NCBI GenBank assembly: GCA_965214675.1
Contig: OZ243969.1
Location: 258,482 to 322,481, forward strand
From: Gammaproteobacteria bacterium
Lineage (GTDB): Bacteria > Pseudomonadota > Gammaproteobacteria > UBA4575
Direction of reading: 5' to 3'
DNA length: 64,000 nucleotides
How positions within the stretch are numbered: position 1 is the stretch's first letter; each line of letters starts with the position of its first letter. The notes beneath the pieces are model-generated. The model made no database searches. It was not told where the DNA came from and saw nothing but the letters and a program-made list of their open reading frames with translations. Shown here in pieces: positions 1 through 9,769 of the stretch. The position numbers and the translations under genes were made by a program.

Positions 1-84
1 GTATCGTCACATGTGGGTGGGTGCCCTTGATCGGGTTTCCACATGGGGTGCGTGGAGGATCAACCCATAGGAGCATTATACAAC

Positions 85-1245
85 ATGGCGAGTGTCACTA
101 TGCGCCAGATGCTGGAAGCTGGCGTACACTTTGGGCATCAGACGCGCTACTGGAATCCGAAAATGAGTCCTTACATTTTTGGAGAGCGCAACAAAATCCA
201 CATCATCAATCTTGAGAAAACATTGCCCATGTTTCTCGATGCGGCAGCATTCCTGGGCAAGATGGCAGCCAACAAGGGAACGGTTCTGTTTGTCGGCACT
301 AAACGCTCGGCACGGGATTCGATTCGAGAGGAGGCTGTGCGCTGCGGCATGCCTTATGTCAATCACCGTTGGCTGGGCGGCATGCTGACCAACTTCAAAA
401 CTGTCAGCAAGTCCATACAACGCTTGCAGGAACTCGAACAGATCGCCGGCGGCGAGGGCATCGAGCGGCTCAGCAAAAAGGAATTGCTGCTGCTCAAGCG
501 AGAACTGTTCAAGCTGGAGCGCAGCTTGGGAGGGATCAAGGACATGCAGACCTTGCCCGATGCGTTGTTCGTCATTGATGTCGGTTACGAGGCCATTGCA
601 GTAAGTGAGGCCAACAAGCTGGGCATTCCAGTGGTTGCCATCGTCGACAGCAACAATAAGGTAGACGGTGTGGATTACGTCATCCCGGGGAATGATGATG
701 CGATTCGTGCCATCAGGCTCTTCTCTACGCATATGGCGAATGCCATCCTGGAAGGCAAGGAAAGTACCCGGGTCATGAGTGGAAATGAGGACGAGTTCGT
801 AGAAGTTGATGATACCGGCAAGGTAGCCGAGGCCGATGGGAAAGAGAAGCCGGTAGCCAAGCAGAAGGTTACGGTGAAAAGAAAAGCGGGTACGAAATCC
901 GCACCGCAAACTGCAGTGAAAGCGAAAACTGCCGATAAAACCGAGACCACCAAGAAAGCGAAGGCTGCTGAGGAGCCCAAGGTTGCTGAGGAGCCCAAGG
1001 TTGCTGAGGAGCCCAAGGTTGCTGAGGAGCCCAAGGTTGCTGAGGAGCCCAAGGTTGCTGAAGAGCCCAAGGATTCAGGAAATTCAGACGTTGGTGAAAA
1101 GAGTGAATCCGCGGAAAACTCTGAGAATGCAGGAAAGGTTGAAGCAGAGGCAAGTGCCAAGGCTGAAGAACCCAAGGCTGCAGATAAAACAAAATCCACA
1201 GATGCATCGGATGATGCAGCGGAAACAGGTGAAAAGACAGCTTGA
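85..1245 (+). CDS. rpsB: 30S ribosomal protein S2 with ~160-aa KAE-rich low-complexity C-terminal extension
   Basis: N-terminus [27 protein letters not shown] matches the canonical S2 start. The core S2 domain ends near residue 240. The tail is Lys/Glu/Ala-rich with AEEPKV x6. The ORF is open from 43, but ATG 85 matches the family start. Confidence 0.9.
   Translation: MASVTMRQMLEAGVHFGHQTRYWNPKMSPYIFGERNKIHIINLEKTLPMFLDAAAFLGKMAANKGTVLFVGTKRSARDSIREEAVRCGMPYVNHRWLGGMLTNFKTVSKSIQRLQELEQIAGGEGIERLSKKELLLLKRELFKLERSLGGIKDMQTLPDALFVIDVGYEAIAVSEANKLGIPVVAIVDSNNKVDGVDYVIPGNDDAIRAIRLFSTHMANAILEGKESTRVMSGNEDEFVEVDDTGKVAEADGKEKPVAKQKVTVKRKAGTKSAPQTAVKAKTADKTETTKKAKAAEEPKVAEEPKVAEEPKVAEEPKVAEEPKVAEEPKDSGNSDVGEKSESAENSENAGKVEAEASAKAEEPKAADKTKSTDASDDAAETGEKTA
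967..1074 (+). repeat. 6 x 18-bp in-frame tandem repeat (gctgaggagcccaaggtt; 5 perfect copies + 1 degenerate) inside rpsB
   Basis: Direct reading: units at 967-984, 985-1002, 1003-1020, 1021-1038 and 1039-1056 are identical; 1057-1074 has 2 mismatches. They encode AEEPKV x5 then AEEPKD. Confidence 0.95.
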
Positions 1246-1289
1246 ATGCTAGCGACACAGGCAATCACAGGAGAACTCTGGAAAGAACA

Positions 1290-2174
1290 ATGCAGATAAC
1301 AGCAACAATGGTAAAAGAGCTGCGCGAACGAACCGGCGCCGGCATGATGGAATGCAAGAAGGCATTGCAGGAAAGCAGTGGGGATATCGATACGGCCATT
1401 GAGCAGATGCGGAAAATCGGACAGGCCAAAGCAGACAAGAAAGCCAGTCGTATCGCAGCCGATGGCATGGTGGTCTTGGCAATTTCACCTGATGGCAGGC
1501 AAGCCTCCCTGGTCGAGGTGAATTGTGAAACCGATTTTGTCGCCAAGGACAAGCAGTTCCAGGCATTTTGTGCACAGCTGGCGGATCTCGTGTTGGGCAG
1601 TGACATCACCACTGTGGAGGCACTGGGTGGCGCCACGCTGGAATCCGGTCTCAGTGCCGAGCAAGCACGCTTGGAGCTGGTGACCAAGATTGGCGAGAAT
1701 ATCCGCATACGCCGTTTGGAAAATATGCGCAGTGAGCATGCGATAGCAGGCTACCTGCATGGCAACCGCATTGGTGTGCTTGTCGATTATTCCGGCGGTG
1801 ATGCTGACTTGGGCCGGGATGTAGCCATGCACATTGCAGCGAGCAGGCCCGTCTGCGTTTCGGACAAAGATGTGGATGAAACGGTGCTTGCCAAGGAGCG
1901 GGAAATCTTCAAGGCACAGGCCGAGTCTAGCGGCAAGCCCGCGAACATTGTCGAGAAAATAGTAGGGGGGCGACTGAAGAAGTATCTGAAGGAGATCACC
2001 TTGCTGGGTCAGCCGTTTGTAAAGGATACGGACCAGTCGGTGGGTCAGTTGCTGAAAAATGCAAATGCGGAAGTTGCCGGGTTTGTACGGTTCGAAGTAG
2101 GTGAGGGACTGGAGAAGAGATCAGACAACTTTGTCGATGAGGTAATGGGGCAAGTCAAGCAGAGCGAGGATTAG
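1290..2174 (+). CDS. tsf: elongation factor Ts
   Basis: MQITATMVKELRERTGAGMMECKKAL is the EF-Ts N-terminal signature and the gene follows rpsB. The ORF is open from 1242, but the family start aligns to ATG 1290. Confidence 0.9.
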   Translation: MQITATMVKELRERTGAGMMECKKALQESSGDIDTAIEQMRKIGQAKADKKASRIAADGMVVLAISPDGRQASLVEVNCETDFVAKDKQFQAFCAQLADLVLGSDITTVEALGGATLESGLSAEQARLELVTKIGENIRIRRLENMRSEHAIAGYLHGNRIGVLVDYSGGDADLGRDVAMHIAASRPVCVSDKDVDETVLAKEREIFKAQAESSGKPANIVEKIVGGRLKKYLKEITLLGQPFVKDTDQSVGQLLKNANAEVAGFVRFEVGEGLEKRSDNFVDEVMGQVKQSED

Positions 2175-2223
2175 GCGACCCGATCGAATTCCTTCAGCGC
2201 TTGGCAGGCCGTGGGGGTGCGCA

Positions 2224-2781
2224 GTGATTAACGAGATACAACAGCATGCACAAGAGCGTATGCGCAAGAGCATTGACTCGCTGACACACGAGTTATCAAG
2301 AGTGCGTACCGGCCGTGCGAGTGCAAACCTGCTGGACCATGTCATGGTGGAGTACTATGGCAATACGGTTCCAATCAATCAGACGGCCACCGTAGCAGTG
2401 GAGGATGCACGTACGATTTCGATCACACCCTGGGAAAATTCTCTCGTGCCCGTCATTGAAAAAGCCATTATGAGCTCAGACCTTGGTCTGAATCCCACAA
2501 CGGCTGGCACGGTCATCCGAGTGATTGTCCCTCCGCTGACTGAGGAGAGGCGCAAGAGTCTGATACGCATGGTGGAAGGCGAGGCCGAGAAGTCACGTGT
2601 AGCCATTCGGAACATTCGTCGGGACGCAAACACGGACCTCAAGGAATTACTGAGGGAAAAAGAAATTACAGAAGACGAGAGTCATCATGCTCAGGCTGAA
2701 ATCCAGAAGCTCACGGACCAGTTCGTGGGAGAAATCGATTTGATACTGCAGCAAAAAGAAAAGGACCTGATGACTGTCTAG
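2224..2781 (+). CDS. frr: ribosome recycling factor
   Basis: 185 aa, GTG start. The sequence is RRF-like throughout (ITPWENSL..., RNIRRDAN...) and the rpsB-tsf-(pyrH)-frr neighbourhood is conserved. Confidence 0.9.
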   Translation: MINEIQQHAQERMRKSIDSLTHELSRVRTGRASANLLDHVMVEYYGNTVPINQTATVAVEDARTISITPWENSLVPVIEKAIMSSDLGLNPTTAGTVIRVIVPPLTEERRKSLIRMVEGEAEKSRVAIRNIRRDANTDLKELLREKEITEDESHHAQAEIQKLTDQFVGEIDLILQQKEKDLMTV

Positions 2782-2797
2782 AGCCCCAGTACTTCAG

Positions 2798-3538
2798 GTG
2801 CCCGTATCCGATCACATGTCAAACAAGCCTGCCTTAGAACATGTTGCCATCATCATGGATGGCAACGGAAGATGGGCGAAGAAGCGCAATCTGCCACGCA
2901 CTGCCGGACACAGGCAGGGCATCAAAGCAACACAGGCAATCATCAAGGCATGTGTTCAGCATGAAATCAAATACCTAACCTTGTTCGCTTTCAGCAGTGA
3001 GAACTGGAATCGGCCAAAGGCCGAGATTTCTGTACTCATGGATCTTTTTGTGGAATCACTACAGAGCGAAGTGGACTCCCTGAACGAAAAAGGGGTCTGC
3101 CTGCGATTTTTGGGTCACCGACCTGCTTTCTCGAACGGACTTTGCGAGCATGTGCAACAGGCCGAAGAGTTGACACGAACCAATAGTGAGCTTTTTTTGA
3201 GCATTGCCATGGGTTATGGGGGACGTTGGGATATCCTTCAGGCGGTGGAACACATTGTTGCGGATGTTCTGGACAAGCGCCTGGCAGCCGAGGATATCGA
3301 TGAAGTGCTGTTAGAGAATCGGCTGGTTACTGCGGGCATACCGGCACCTGACCTGTTTATCCGTACGGGTGGCGAGAAGCGCATCAGTAATTTTTTGTTA
3401 TGGCAGCTAGCATACACGGAGCTCTATTTCAGTGATGTCCTGTGGCCGGACTTCAATCCGCATGAACTGGAAAAGGCATTCGAAAATTATCGTGTAAGGC
3501 AGCGAAGGTTCGGTCTTATACAAGAGCAGCTTGTGTGA
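2798..3538 (+). CDS. uppS: undecaprenyl-diphosphate synthase (di-trans,poly-cis)
   Basis: Motif HVAIIMDGNGRWAKKR, and the terminal part NFLLWQLAYTELYF, are typical of UppS. Confidence 0.9.
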   Translation: MPVSDHMSNKPALEHVAIIMDGNGRWAKKRNLPRTAGHRQGIKATQAIIKACVQHEIKYLTLFAFSSENWNRPKAEISVLMDLFVESLQSEVDSLNEKGVCLRFLGHRPAFSNGLCEHVQQAEELTRTNSELFLSIAMGYGGRWDILQAVEHIVADVLDKRLAAEDIDEVLLENRLVTAGIPAPDLFIRTGGEKRISNFLLWQLAYTELYFSDVLWPDFNPHELEKAFENYRVRQRRFGLIQEQLV

Positions 3539-4349
3539 CCTGGCAGTGCTCAGGCAGCGGGTCATCACAGCAGTCGCCCTTGGGGCAGGGATTCTTTCCT
3601 GCATCCTGTTTTTGCCCGGTCATTGGCTGGCGCTGATTTTCGCATTGGTCACGTTGCTGGCCGCCTGGGAATGGGCTGGCCTGATCGAATTACCAGGCAA
3701 CCTGTTCAAGGCACTCTATGTCATCACAGTTGCCGTCCTGTTATTTGCCGCGTGGGTGTATGGGGAGCATGCCCGGACGGTATTCCTGATTGCCGTATTT
3801 TGGTGGGTCGCCTGCGTCATCCTGGTCGCTGTCTATGAGTCGAGTTGGCTTCATGCTGGCTGGTTGTGGGGGTTACTGGGACTTTCAGGGTTTGTCGTGC
3901 TGGTGCCGACCTGGCTTGGCCTGGTACATCTGCATGGGCAAGGTCCGGGACTGCTGATCTTTTTGATGGCACTGGTCAGCGTGGCGGATAGTGCCGCCTA
4001 TTTTGCAGGTCATCGATTCGGGAAAACGAAACTTGCACCTGACCTGAGTCCCGGAAAGACGCGGGAAGGTTTGTGGGGTGCCCTGCTGGCTTGTCTTGTG
4101 TTCGCGATCATCAGCGTATATGCACTTGGCCTGGACAAGGAAGTGTGGGTCTATTTTGTTTGTCTCAGCCTGATCTGCGTGTTACTTGCGGCAGTCGGTG
4201 ATCTGTATGAAAGTCTTTTGAAACGCAGGGCCAGAGCCAAGGACAGTGGAACGATTTTGCCCGGTCACGGAGGTGTACTCGACAGGATTGACGGCCTGAC
4301 TGCGGCGGCTCCCTGTTTCATGTTTGGGGTATACTGGTTTCATGGTTGA
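3531..4349 (+). CDS. cdsA: phosphatidate cytidylyltransferase
   Basis: Multi-TM protein with the C-terminal CTP-transferase signature GHGGVLDRIDGL. It overlaps the uppS stop. The start is ambiguous (TTG 3531 or GTG 3546). Confidence 0.85.
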   Translation: MCDLAVLRQRVITAVALGAGILSCILFLPGHWLALIFALVTLLAAWEWAGLIELPGNLFKALYVITVAVLLFAAWVYGEHARTVFLIAVFWWVACVILVAVYESSWLHAGWLWGLLGLSGFVVLVPTWLGLVHLHGQGPGLLIFLMALVSVADSAAYFAGHRFGKTKLAPDLSPGKTREGLWGALLACLVFAIISVYALGLDKEVWVYFVCLSLICVLLAAVGDLYESLLKRRARAKDSGTILPGHGGVLDRIDGLTAAAPCFMFGVYWFHG

Positions 4350-5556
4350 AGTACAGACTGGTGTTAGTCATGCGCCATCAGATGTGGCGCATGTCTCCAT
4401 ACTCGGAGCCACTGGTTCGGTGGGTGTGAATACCCTGGACGTGATCGAGCGTCATAAAGCAAAATTTTCTGTAACCGCACTGACTGCCAACAACAACATT
4501 GACCTGTTGTTTGAGCAGTGTCTCAAGTTTCATCCAGAGGTGGCTGTCGTTGCCAATGAGGACCTGGTTGACCAGTTCAGTGCCAAGTTCAATGGCAGCA
4601 GCTACAAGCCGGATATTCATTCGGGCAACCAGGGGTTGGAACTTGCCGCAAGCCTGAGCGAGGTAGATTTCGTCATGGCCGCAATCGTGGGTGCGGCGGG
4701 TCTACCGGCGACGCTGGCCGCTGCGCGGGCTGGGAAACGCACGCTGCTTGCCAACAAGGAAGCTCTGGTCATGTCGGGCAGTCTGTTGATCAATGCTGCA
4801 AGAAGTCATGCTGCCGAACTGCTGCCGATCGACAGTGAGCATAATGCCGTGTTTCAGTGCCTGTCCGGCAGCAATGAATGTGACGTTGAAAAAATTATCC
4901 TGACGGCCTCGGGCGGGCCTTTCTTGAAGCTGCCCCTGGACGAGTTTGCTGCGGTCACACCCGAGCAGGCGGTTGCCCATCCAAACTGGGAGATGGGTAA
5001 AAAGATTTCTGTGGACTCGGCCACGATGATGAACAAGGGTCTGGAAATCATAGAGGCGTGCATGCTCTTTGAAAAAAATGCAAATGAAATCGAGGTGGTG
5101 ATCCATCCGCAATCCATCATCCATTCACTGGTGGCCTACGTGGATGGCTCCCTGATCGCACACCTGGCTTATCCGGACATGCGGGTACCGATTGCACATG
5201 CACTGGCCTGGCCGCAGCGCATCCAATCGGGGATTGGAACCATTGATCTTGCCAAGCTCGGCCCGCTGGAGTTTCACGCTCCCGACCATAACCGGTTCCC
5301 TTGTTTGCAGTTGGCCTATCAGGCACTGGAGGCGGGTGGCAGTGCAGCCATCATCCTGAATGCCGCCAATGAAGTGGCCGTGGCGAGCTTCCTGCATTCC
5401 GAAATCCGTTTTACGGAAATTCCACAGGTCATTGATCAGGCATTGCAGCACATCGCGCATGAAAATGTGCTGGAACTGGAGACCATCCTTGCAAAGGACC
5501 AGGAAACACGCACCTACACCAGGACATATATTGAACAGTCGGTGAGGCCTTCGTGA
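4342..5556 (+). CDS. dxr: 1-deoxy-D-xylulose 5-phosphate reductoisomerase
   Basis: N-terminal NADPH site ILGATGSVG; full-length Dxr similarity (LANKEALV, HPNWEMG). The start is uncertain (ATG 4342 or GTG 4384) and overlaps the cdsA stop. Confidence 0.88.
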   Translation: MVEVQTGVSHAPSDVAHVSILGATGSVGVNTLDVIERHKAKFSVTALTANNNIDLLFEQCLKFHPEVAVVANEDLVDQFSAKFNGSSYKPDIHSGNQGLELAASLSEVDFVMAAIVGAAGLPATLAAARAGKRTLLANKEALVMSGSLLINAARSHAAELLPIDSEHNAVFQCLSGSNECDVEKIILTASGGPFLKLPLDEFAAVTPEQAVAHPNWEMGKKISVDSATMMNKGLEIIEACMLFEKNANEIEVVIHPQSIIHSLVAYVDGSLIAHLAYPDMRVPIAHALAWPQRIQSGIGTIDLAKLGPLEFHAPDHNRFPCLQLAYQALEAGGSAAIILNAANEVAVASFLHSEIRFTEIPQVIDQALQHIAHENVLELETILAKDQETRTYTRTYIEQSVRPS

Positions 5557-6908
5557 TGCAGATACTGGGCTATCTGCTGGCCTTTGTGGCTGTAATCGGC
5601 ATCATTGTCACCGTTCATGAATTCGGACATTGCTGGGTAGCCAAAAAGCTCGGTGTGAAAGTACTGCGTTTTTCGATCGGACTGGGTAAACCGGTCTGGT
5701 CTCGGCGTTTTGGTGAAACCGAGTATGTGCTGGCCAGTATACCGCTGGGTGGCTACGTGAAGATGCTCGATGAGCGCGAAGACAAGGTTGCGGAGCATGA
5801 GAAACATCGCGCTTTCAACCGCCAGCCGGTGGGAACCCGATTTGCCATTGTATCGGCAGGCCCCCTGTTCAATTTCATTTTTGCAGTATTTGCGTACTGG
5901 CTCACTTTTGTCGTCGGAGTTGAGGGCACCCGGCCTACCGTGGGCGAGGTTTCACCTCAAAGCATTGCCTGGCAGGCAGAGATTCGTGCCAATGACACCT
6001 TTGTCTCGGTGGAAGGGGTACCGGTGCATACCTGGCAGCAAACGGCCATACAGTTGCTCAACGGGGCGCTGGAATCTGGTCAGGTGCGTGCAGGTCTGCA
6101 GAGCCAGGAATCCGGTACGAAAGCGGTTACACTGGACCTGAACGATACCCGGCAGTTGTTATCAGAGGGGAATTTGCTTGAAAAGCTGGGTATTTCGCCC
6201 TGGCAGTATGCGTTTGAGCCGGTGTTCGGCAAACTCACCCCCGGGGTTGCCAAGACGGCTGGCATACAGGCAGGCGATCGGGTGATCCGTCTGGATGGAG
6301 AGCCGGTGGAGAGCTGGGAGCATTTGGTGCAATACATTCAGGAAAGGCCAGGTGTGCCGGTAAGCGTGGTGGTCGAGCGTGATCATCGCCCTCTGGAATT
6401 CGAGTTGATCCCGGACCCGGACCGGCGCGATGGCCAAACCATTGGTCGCGTAGGTGCCTATCCATTTGTGGACCAGGTACTGCTGGAGCAGCAAAGGGTT
6501 GTTGTGCGCTATAATCCGCTTGATGCCGTACCCAGGAGCCTTGTGAAAACCTGGGAGGTATCGATTCTGACGCTCAAGCTTCTGTGGGAACTGGTCAAGG
6601 GTGAAGCTTCCCTGAAAAATATCAGTGGCCCGGTGACGATTGCCGAGTATGCTGGACTATCGGCAGCGATCGGTTTTTCTGCCTTTGTAGGTGCACTGGC
6701 GATCATCAGCATCAGTATCGGCATACTGAACTTGTTGCCGATTCCTGTGCTAGACGGTGGCCACCTGTTCTATTATCTCATCGAGATCTTGAAAGGGAGT
6801 GCGGTGTCCGAGCAGACACAGGTCATGGGTCAGCGCTTGGGTATAATGATGCTGGCCGGATTGATGGGCTTGGCTTTTTATAACGACATATATCGACTGC
6901 TTCAGTAG
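5553..6908 (+). CDS. rseP: RIP zinc metalloprotease RseP (site-2 protease)
   Basis: HEFGHC zinc motif near the N-terminus, PDZ-containing middle region and C-terminal LDGGH motif. The uppS-cdsA-dxr-rseP-bamA order is conserved. Confidence 0.9.
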   Translation: MMQILGYLLAFVAVIGIIVTVHEFGHCWVAKKLGVKVLRFSIGLGKPVWSRRFGETEYVLASIPLGGYVKMLDEREDKVAEHEKHRAFNRQPVGTRFAIVSAGPLFNFIFAVFAYWLTFVVGVEGTRPTVGEVSPQSIAWQAEIRANDTFVSVEGVPVHTWQQTAIQLLNGALESGQVRAGLQSQESGTKAVTLDLNDTRQLLSEGNLLEKLGISPWQYAFEPVFGKLTPGVAKTAGIQAGDRVIRLDGEPVESWEHLVQYIQERPGVPVSVVVERDHRPLEFELIPDPDRRDGQTIGRVGAYPFVDQVLLEQQRVVVRYNPLDAVPRSLVKTWEVSILTLKLLWELVKGEASLKNISGPVTIAEYAGLSAAIGFSAFVGALAIISISIGILNLLPIPVLDGGHLFYYLIEILKGSAVSEQTQVMGQRLGIMMLAGLMGLAFYNDIYRLLQ

Positions 6909-6934
6909 ATAAATACATAACAAGAACACTGTCC

Positions 6935-9223
6935 ATGTGCTTCCTTAGAAGATTTGCTCTAGTTTGCCTGTTTGCCATGCTGACGCTGCCGGTGCAGGGT
7001 GACAGCTTTCGTGTGCAGGATATCCAGGTCCAGGGCCTTGAGCGTATCGAGGCCGGTACGGTGTTTACCTATTTGCCTGTTAAAGTCGGAGACCTGGTGG
7101 ATGAAGACCAGACCGCACAGATTGTCCGGGAGATGTACAAGACCGGCCTGTTCAAGAATATCGAGCTGCGCCGTGAAGAGAACATTCTGGTCGTTGTTGT
7201 GCAGGAAAGACCCGGCATCGCCAGTATCACCTTTGACGGCAACAAGATCCTCGGTGATGAGCAGTTGACCGAGGTACTTGATGATATCGGCATTGCCAGT
7301 GGTCGGGTTTTCAACCGCACTGTACTCGAACGCCTGGAGGGCGAGCTCCTCCAGCAATACTACGCATTTGGCAAGTATAACGTTGAAATAGAAACCACGG
7401 TCAATGAATTGCCACGTAACCGGGTGGATGTCAGCATACTGATCGTTGAAGGTGATGTCGCGAGAATCAAGCAGATCAAGATTGTCGGCAACAAGAGCTT
7501 TGATACCGAGACGCTGACCGAGGAATTCGAGTCCGGGGTGAAGCCCTGGTACAAGCTATTCGGCTCGCGTGACCGCTATGCCAAACCAAAATTGCAGGGC
7601 GACCTGGAAACCCTGCGATCACACTATCTGAATCACGGCTACCTGAAATTCGACATCAAGTCTACACAGGTCTCACTCAGCCCGGACAAGGAGGAGATTT
7701 TTATCACCATCAACGTTGATGAGGGTGATCAGTACACACTGGAAGAGATCAAGCTTGCCGGAAACCTGATTTTCCCGGAGGAAAGTCTCAGGGCCCTGCT
7801 GTTCTTTTCCCCGGGAGAAATCTTCTCACGCACAAAGGTGATTGCCTCGACTGAGGCGATTATGAACGTGTTGGGTAATGAGGGGTATGCCTTCCCCAAT
7901 GTGAACCCTGTGCCCGAGCTGAATGAGGAAAATAAAACCGTCAAGGTCACACTCTTTGTCGACCCTGGTAAGCGCACCTACGTGCGAAGGATCAATTTCA
8001 GAGGCCACAAGATTACCCGGGATGAGGTCTATCGAAGAGAGATGCGGCAAATGGAAGGCGGCTGGTTTTCCCAGACTGATGTTGAAAATTCAAGACGCAG
8101 AATCCGAAGGCTGTCGCATGTGGAGGAGATCGAGGTGGAAACCCAGCGTGTACCGGGCGTGGAGGACATGGTCGACCTGGAATTCGATATCAAGGAAAGG
8201 CTCGCGGGTAGCTTCAATATCGGTGCCGGCTATTCCGACAGCCAGGGAGCTGTTTTCTCTACCAGCGTGAGCCAGGAAAACTTTCTCGGTACAGGCAAGA
8301 CGGTTTCATTTTCGATCAATACCAGCAAGGTCAACACAATCTATGCGCTGAACTATGTGAATCCCTACTACACCATTGACGGTGTAAGCCGGGGATTTGG
8401 TTTCAACTATGTGGAATCGGATGCGGATGAGGCAGACATTTCAGATTTCAGTACCGACCAGTTCAGCTTCAGCACGAGCTACGGCATTCCCCTGACGGAA
8501 GTGGACCGCATCAGTGCCTTCGCGCAAGTCAGCCGCACTTCGGTTACCACCGGTTTCAACACCGCGCAGGAAGTCCTCGACTTTATTGATGACAATGGCG
8601 ACGATTACTCCAACCTCACGCTGTCCTCCAGTTTTGTGCATGACACGCGTGATAGAAGTCTGTTTCCCAACACCGGAAACCGCCAGCGTGCCGGCGTGGA
8701 ATTCACCGCCCCGGGCAGTGACCTCCAGTTTTACAAACTCAGTTACAGCAACGCTTTTTATTACCCCCTGAACAAGACCTTCATCCTGTCGTTTGGCAGC
8801 GAAGTGGGCTACGGTGATGTCTATTCGGGCGACGGCGATTTGCCATTTTTCGAAAAGTTCTACGCAGGCGGAATCCGCACGGTGCGAGGTTATGAAAACA
8901 ACAGCCTGGGACCCAGAGACTCACTGGACCAGCCATATGGCGGCAACTTTCTCACCACCCTGAGAGGGGAAGTGCTGTTTCCGCCACCGCCCTTGCCCCT
9001 GTTTTCCCCCAGCAGCATGCGCCTGAGCCTGTTTGTCGATGCAGGTAATGTCTTCGAGGATGTGGATGATTTTGAAACCAGTGAGTTGCGTGCGGCCATC
9101 GGGGTCGGGATGAACCTGATCACCGGTTTCGGAGGCATCACTGCGGTATTGGCCTCACCTTTTAACGATCAGACAGGTGATGATACGGAGTCCTTCCAGT
9201 TCAATCTGGGGACAAGATTTTAG
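6935..9223 (+). CDS. bamA: outer membrane protein assembly factor BamA
   Basis: 762 aa with a signal peptide and POTRA-like N-terminal repeats. The C-terminal beta-barrel ends ...NLGTRF, and the gene sits between rseP and skp. Confidence 0.92.
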   Translation: MCFLRRFALVCLFAMLTLPVQGDSFRVQDIQVQGLERIEAGTVFTYLPVKVGDLVDEDQTAQIVREMYKTGLFKNIELRREENILVVVVQERPGIASITFDGNKILGDEQLTEVLDDIGIASGRVFNRTVLERLEGELLQQYYAFGKYNVEIETTVNELPRNRVDVSILIVEGDVARIKQIKIVGNKSFDTETLTEEFESGVKPWYKLFGSRDRYAKPKLQGDLETLRSHYLNHGYLKFDIKSTQVSLSPDKEEIFITINVDEGDQYTLEEIKLAGNLIFPEESLRALLFFSPGEIFSRTKVIASTEAIMNVLGNEGYAFPNVNPVPELNEENKTVKVTLFVDPGKRTYVRRINFRGHKITRDEVYRREMRQMEGGWFSQTDVENSRRRIRRLSHVEEIEVETQRVPGVEDMVDLEFDIKERLAGSFNIGAGYSDSQGAVFSTSVSQENFLGTGKTVSFSINTSKVNTIYALNYVNPYYTIDGVSRGFGFNYVESDADEADISDFSTDQFSFSTSYGIPLTEVDRISAFAQVSRTSVTTGFNTAQEVLDFIDDNGDDYSNLTLSSSFVHDTRDRSLFPNTGNRQRAGVEFTAPGSDLQFYKLSYSNAFYYPLNKTFILSFGSEVGYGDVYSGDGDLPFFEKFYAGGIRTVRGYENNSLGPRDSLDQPYGGNFLTTLRGEVLFPPPPLPLFSPSSMRLSLFVDAGNVFEDVDDFETSELRAAIGVGMNLITGFGGITAVLASPFNDQTGDDTESFQFNLGTRF

Positions 9224-9246
9224 AATTTTGGAGAGCATTAGATACC

Positions 9247-9753
9247 ATGGAATTTAAATTACTCAGAAATTTCCTCTGTATGGCTGCGCTGCTGCTGCCG
9301 ATAGCGGCGGCTGCCGAGATCAAGGTGGGATACCTCAACCTCAGCGAGATCATGGAAAAATCACCACAGGCAGAAACTGCGGCCAAGACCCTGGAGAAGG
9401 AATTTTCATATCGCTATGAAAAGCTCACTGCAGCAAGGGACGAGATAGTAAAGTTTGAAGAGACACTAAAAAAGGATGGCGCAGTGATGACGGATACCCG
9501 GCGTTCGGAGCTCGAGAAGGAAATTCTCAGCAAGAAAAGGGAATATATCCGCCAACAGGAAGAGCTCAAGGAAGATTTCAATATACGGCGCAGCCAGGAA
9601 ATGGGTAGCCTGCAAAAGAGTGTCAATGAGGTGGTCACCGGCTTGGCAAAAAGCGAGAAATACGACCTGGTTGTCACACAACCGGTACTTTTTGCAAGTG
9701 AGCGTATCGATATCACCCAACGCGTACTGGAGGAGTTGCAGAAACTCCCATAG
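9247..9753 (+). CDS. skp: periplasmic chaperone Skp (OmpH)
   Basis: 168 aa with a signal peptide (LLLPIAAAAEIK) and a coiled-coil Lys/Glu-rich body, lying between bamA and lpxD. Confidence 0.85.
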   Translation: MEFKLLRNFLCMAALLLPIAAAAEIKVGYLNLSEIMEKSPQAETAAKTLEKEFSYRYEKLTAARDEIVKFEETLKKDGAVMTDTRRSELEKEILSKKREYIRQQEELKEDFNIRRSQEMGSLQKSVNEVVTGLAKSEKYDLVVTQPVLFASERIDITQRVLEELQKLP

Positions 9754-9769
9754 TGCTTGCCTGCCCGCA

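Noticed and set aside
983-1252. ORF encoding [14 protein letters not shown]... repeat peptide
   Set aside because: This is an alternative reading frame of the rpsB 18-bp tandem repeat. It is an artefact of the repeat, and the rpsB frame is the conserved one.
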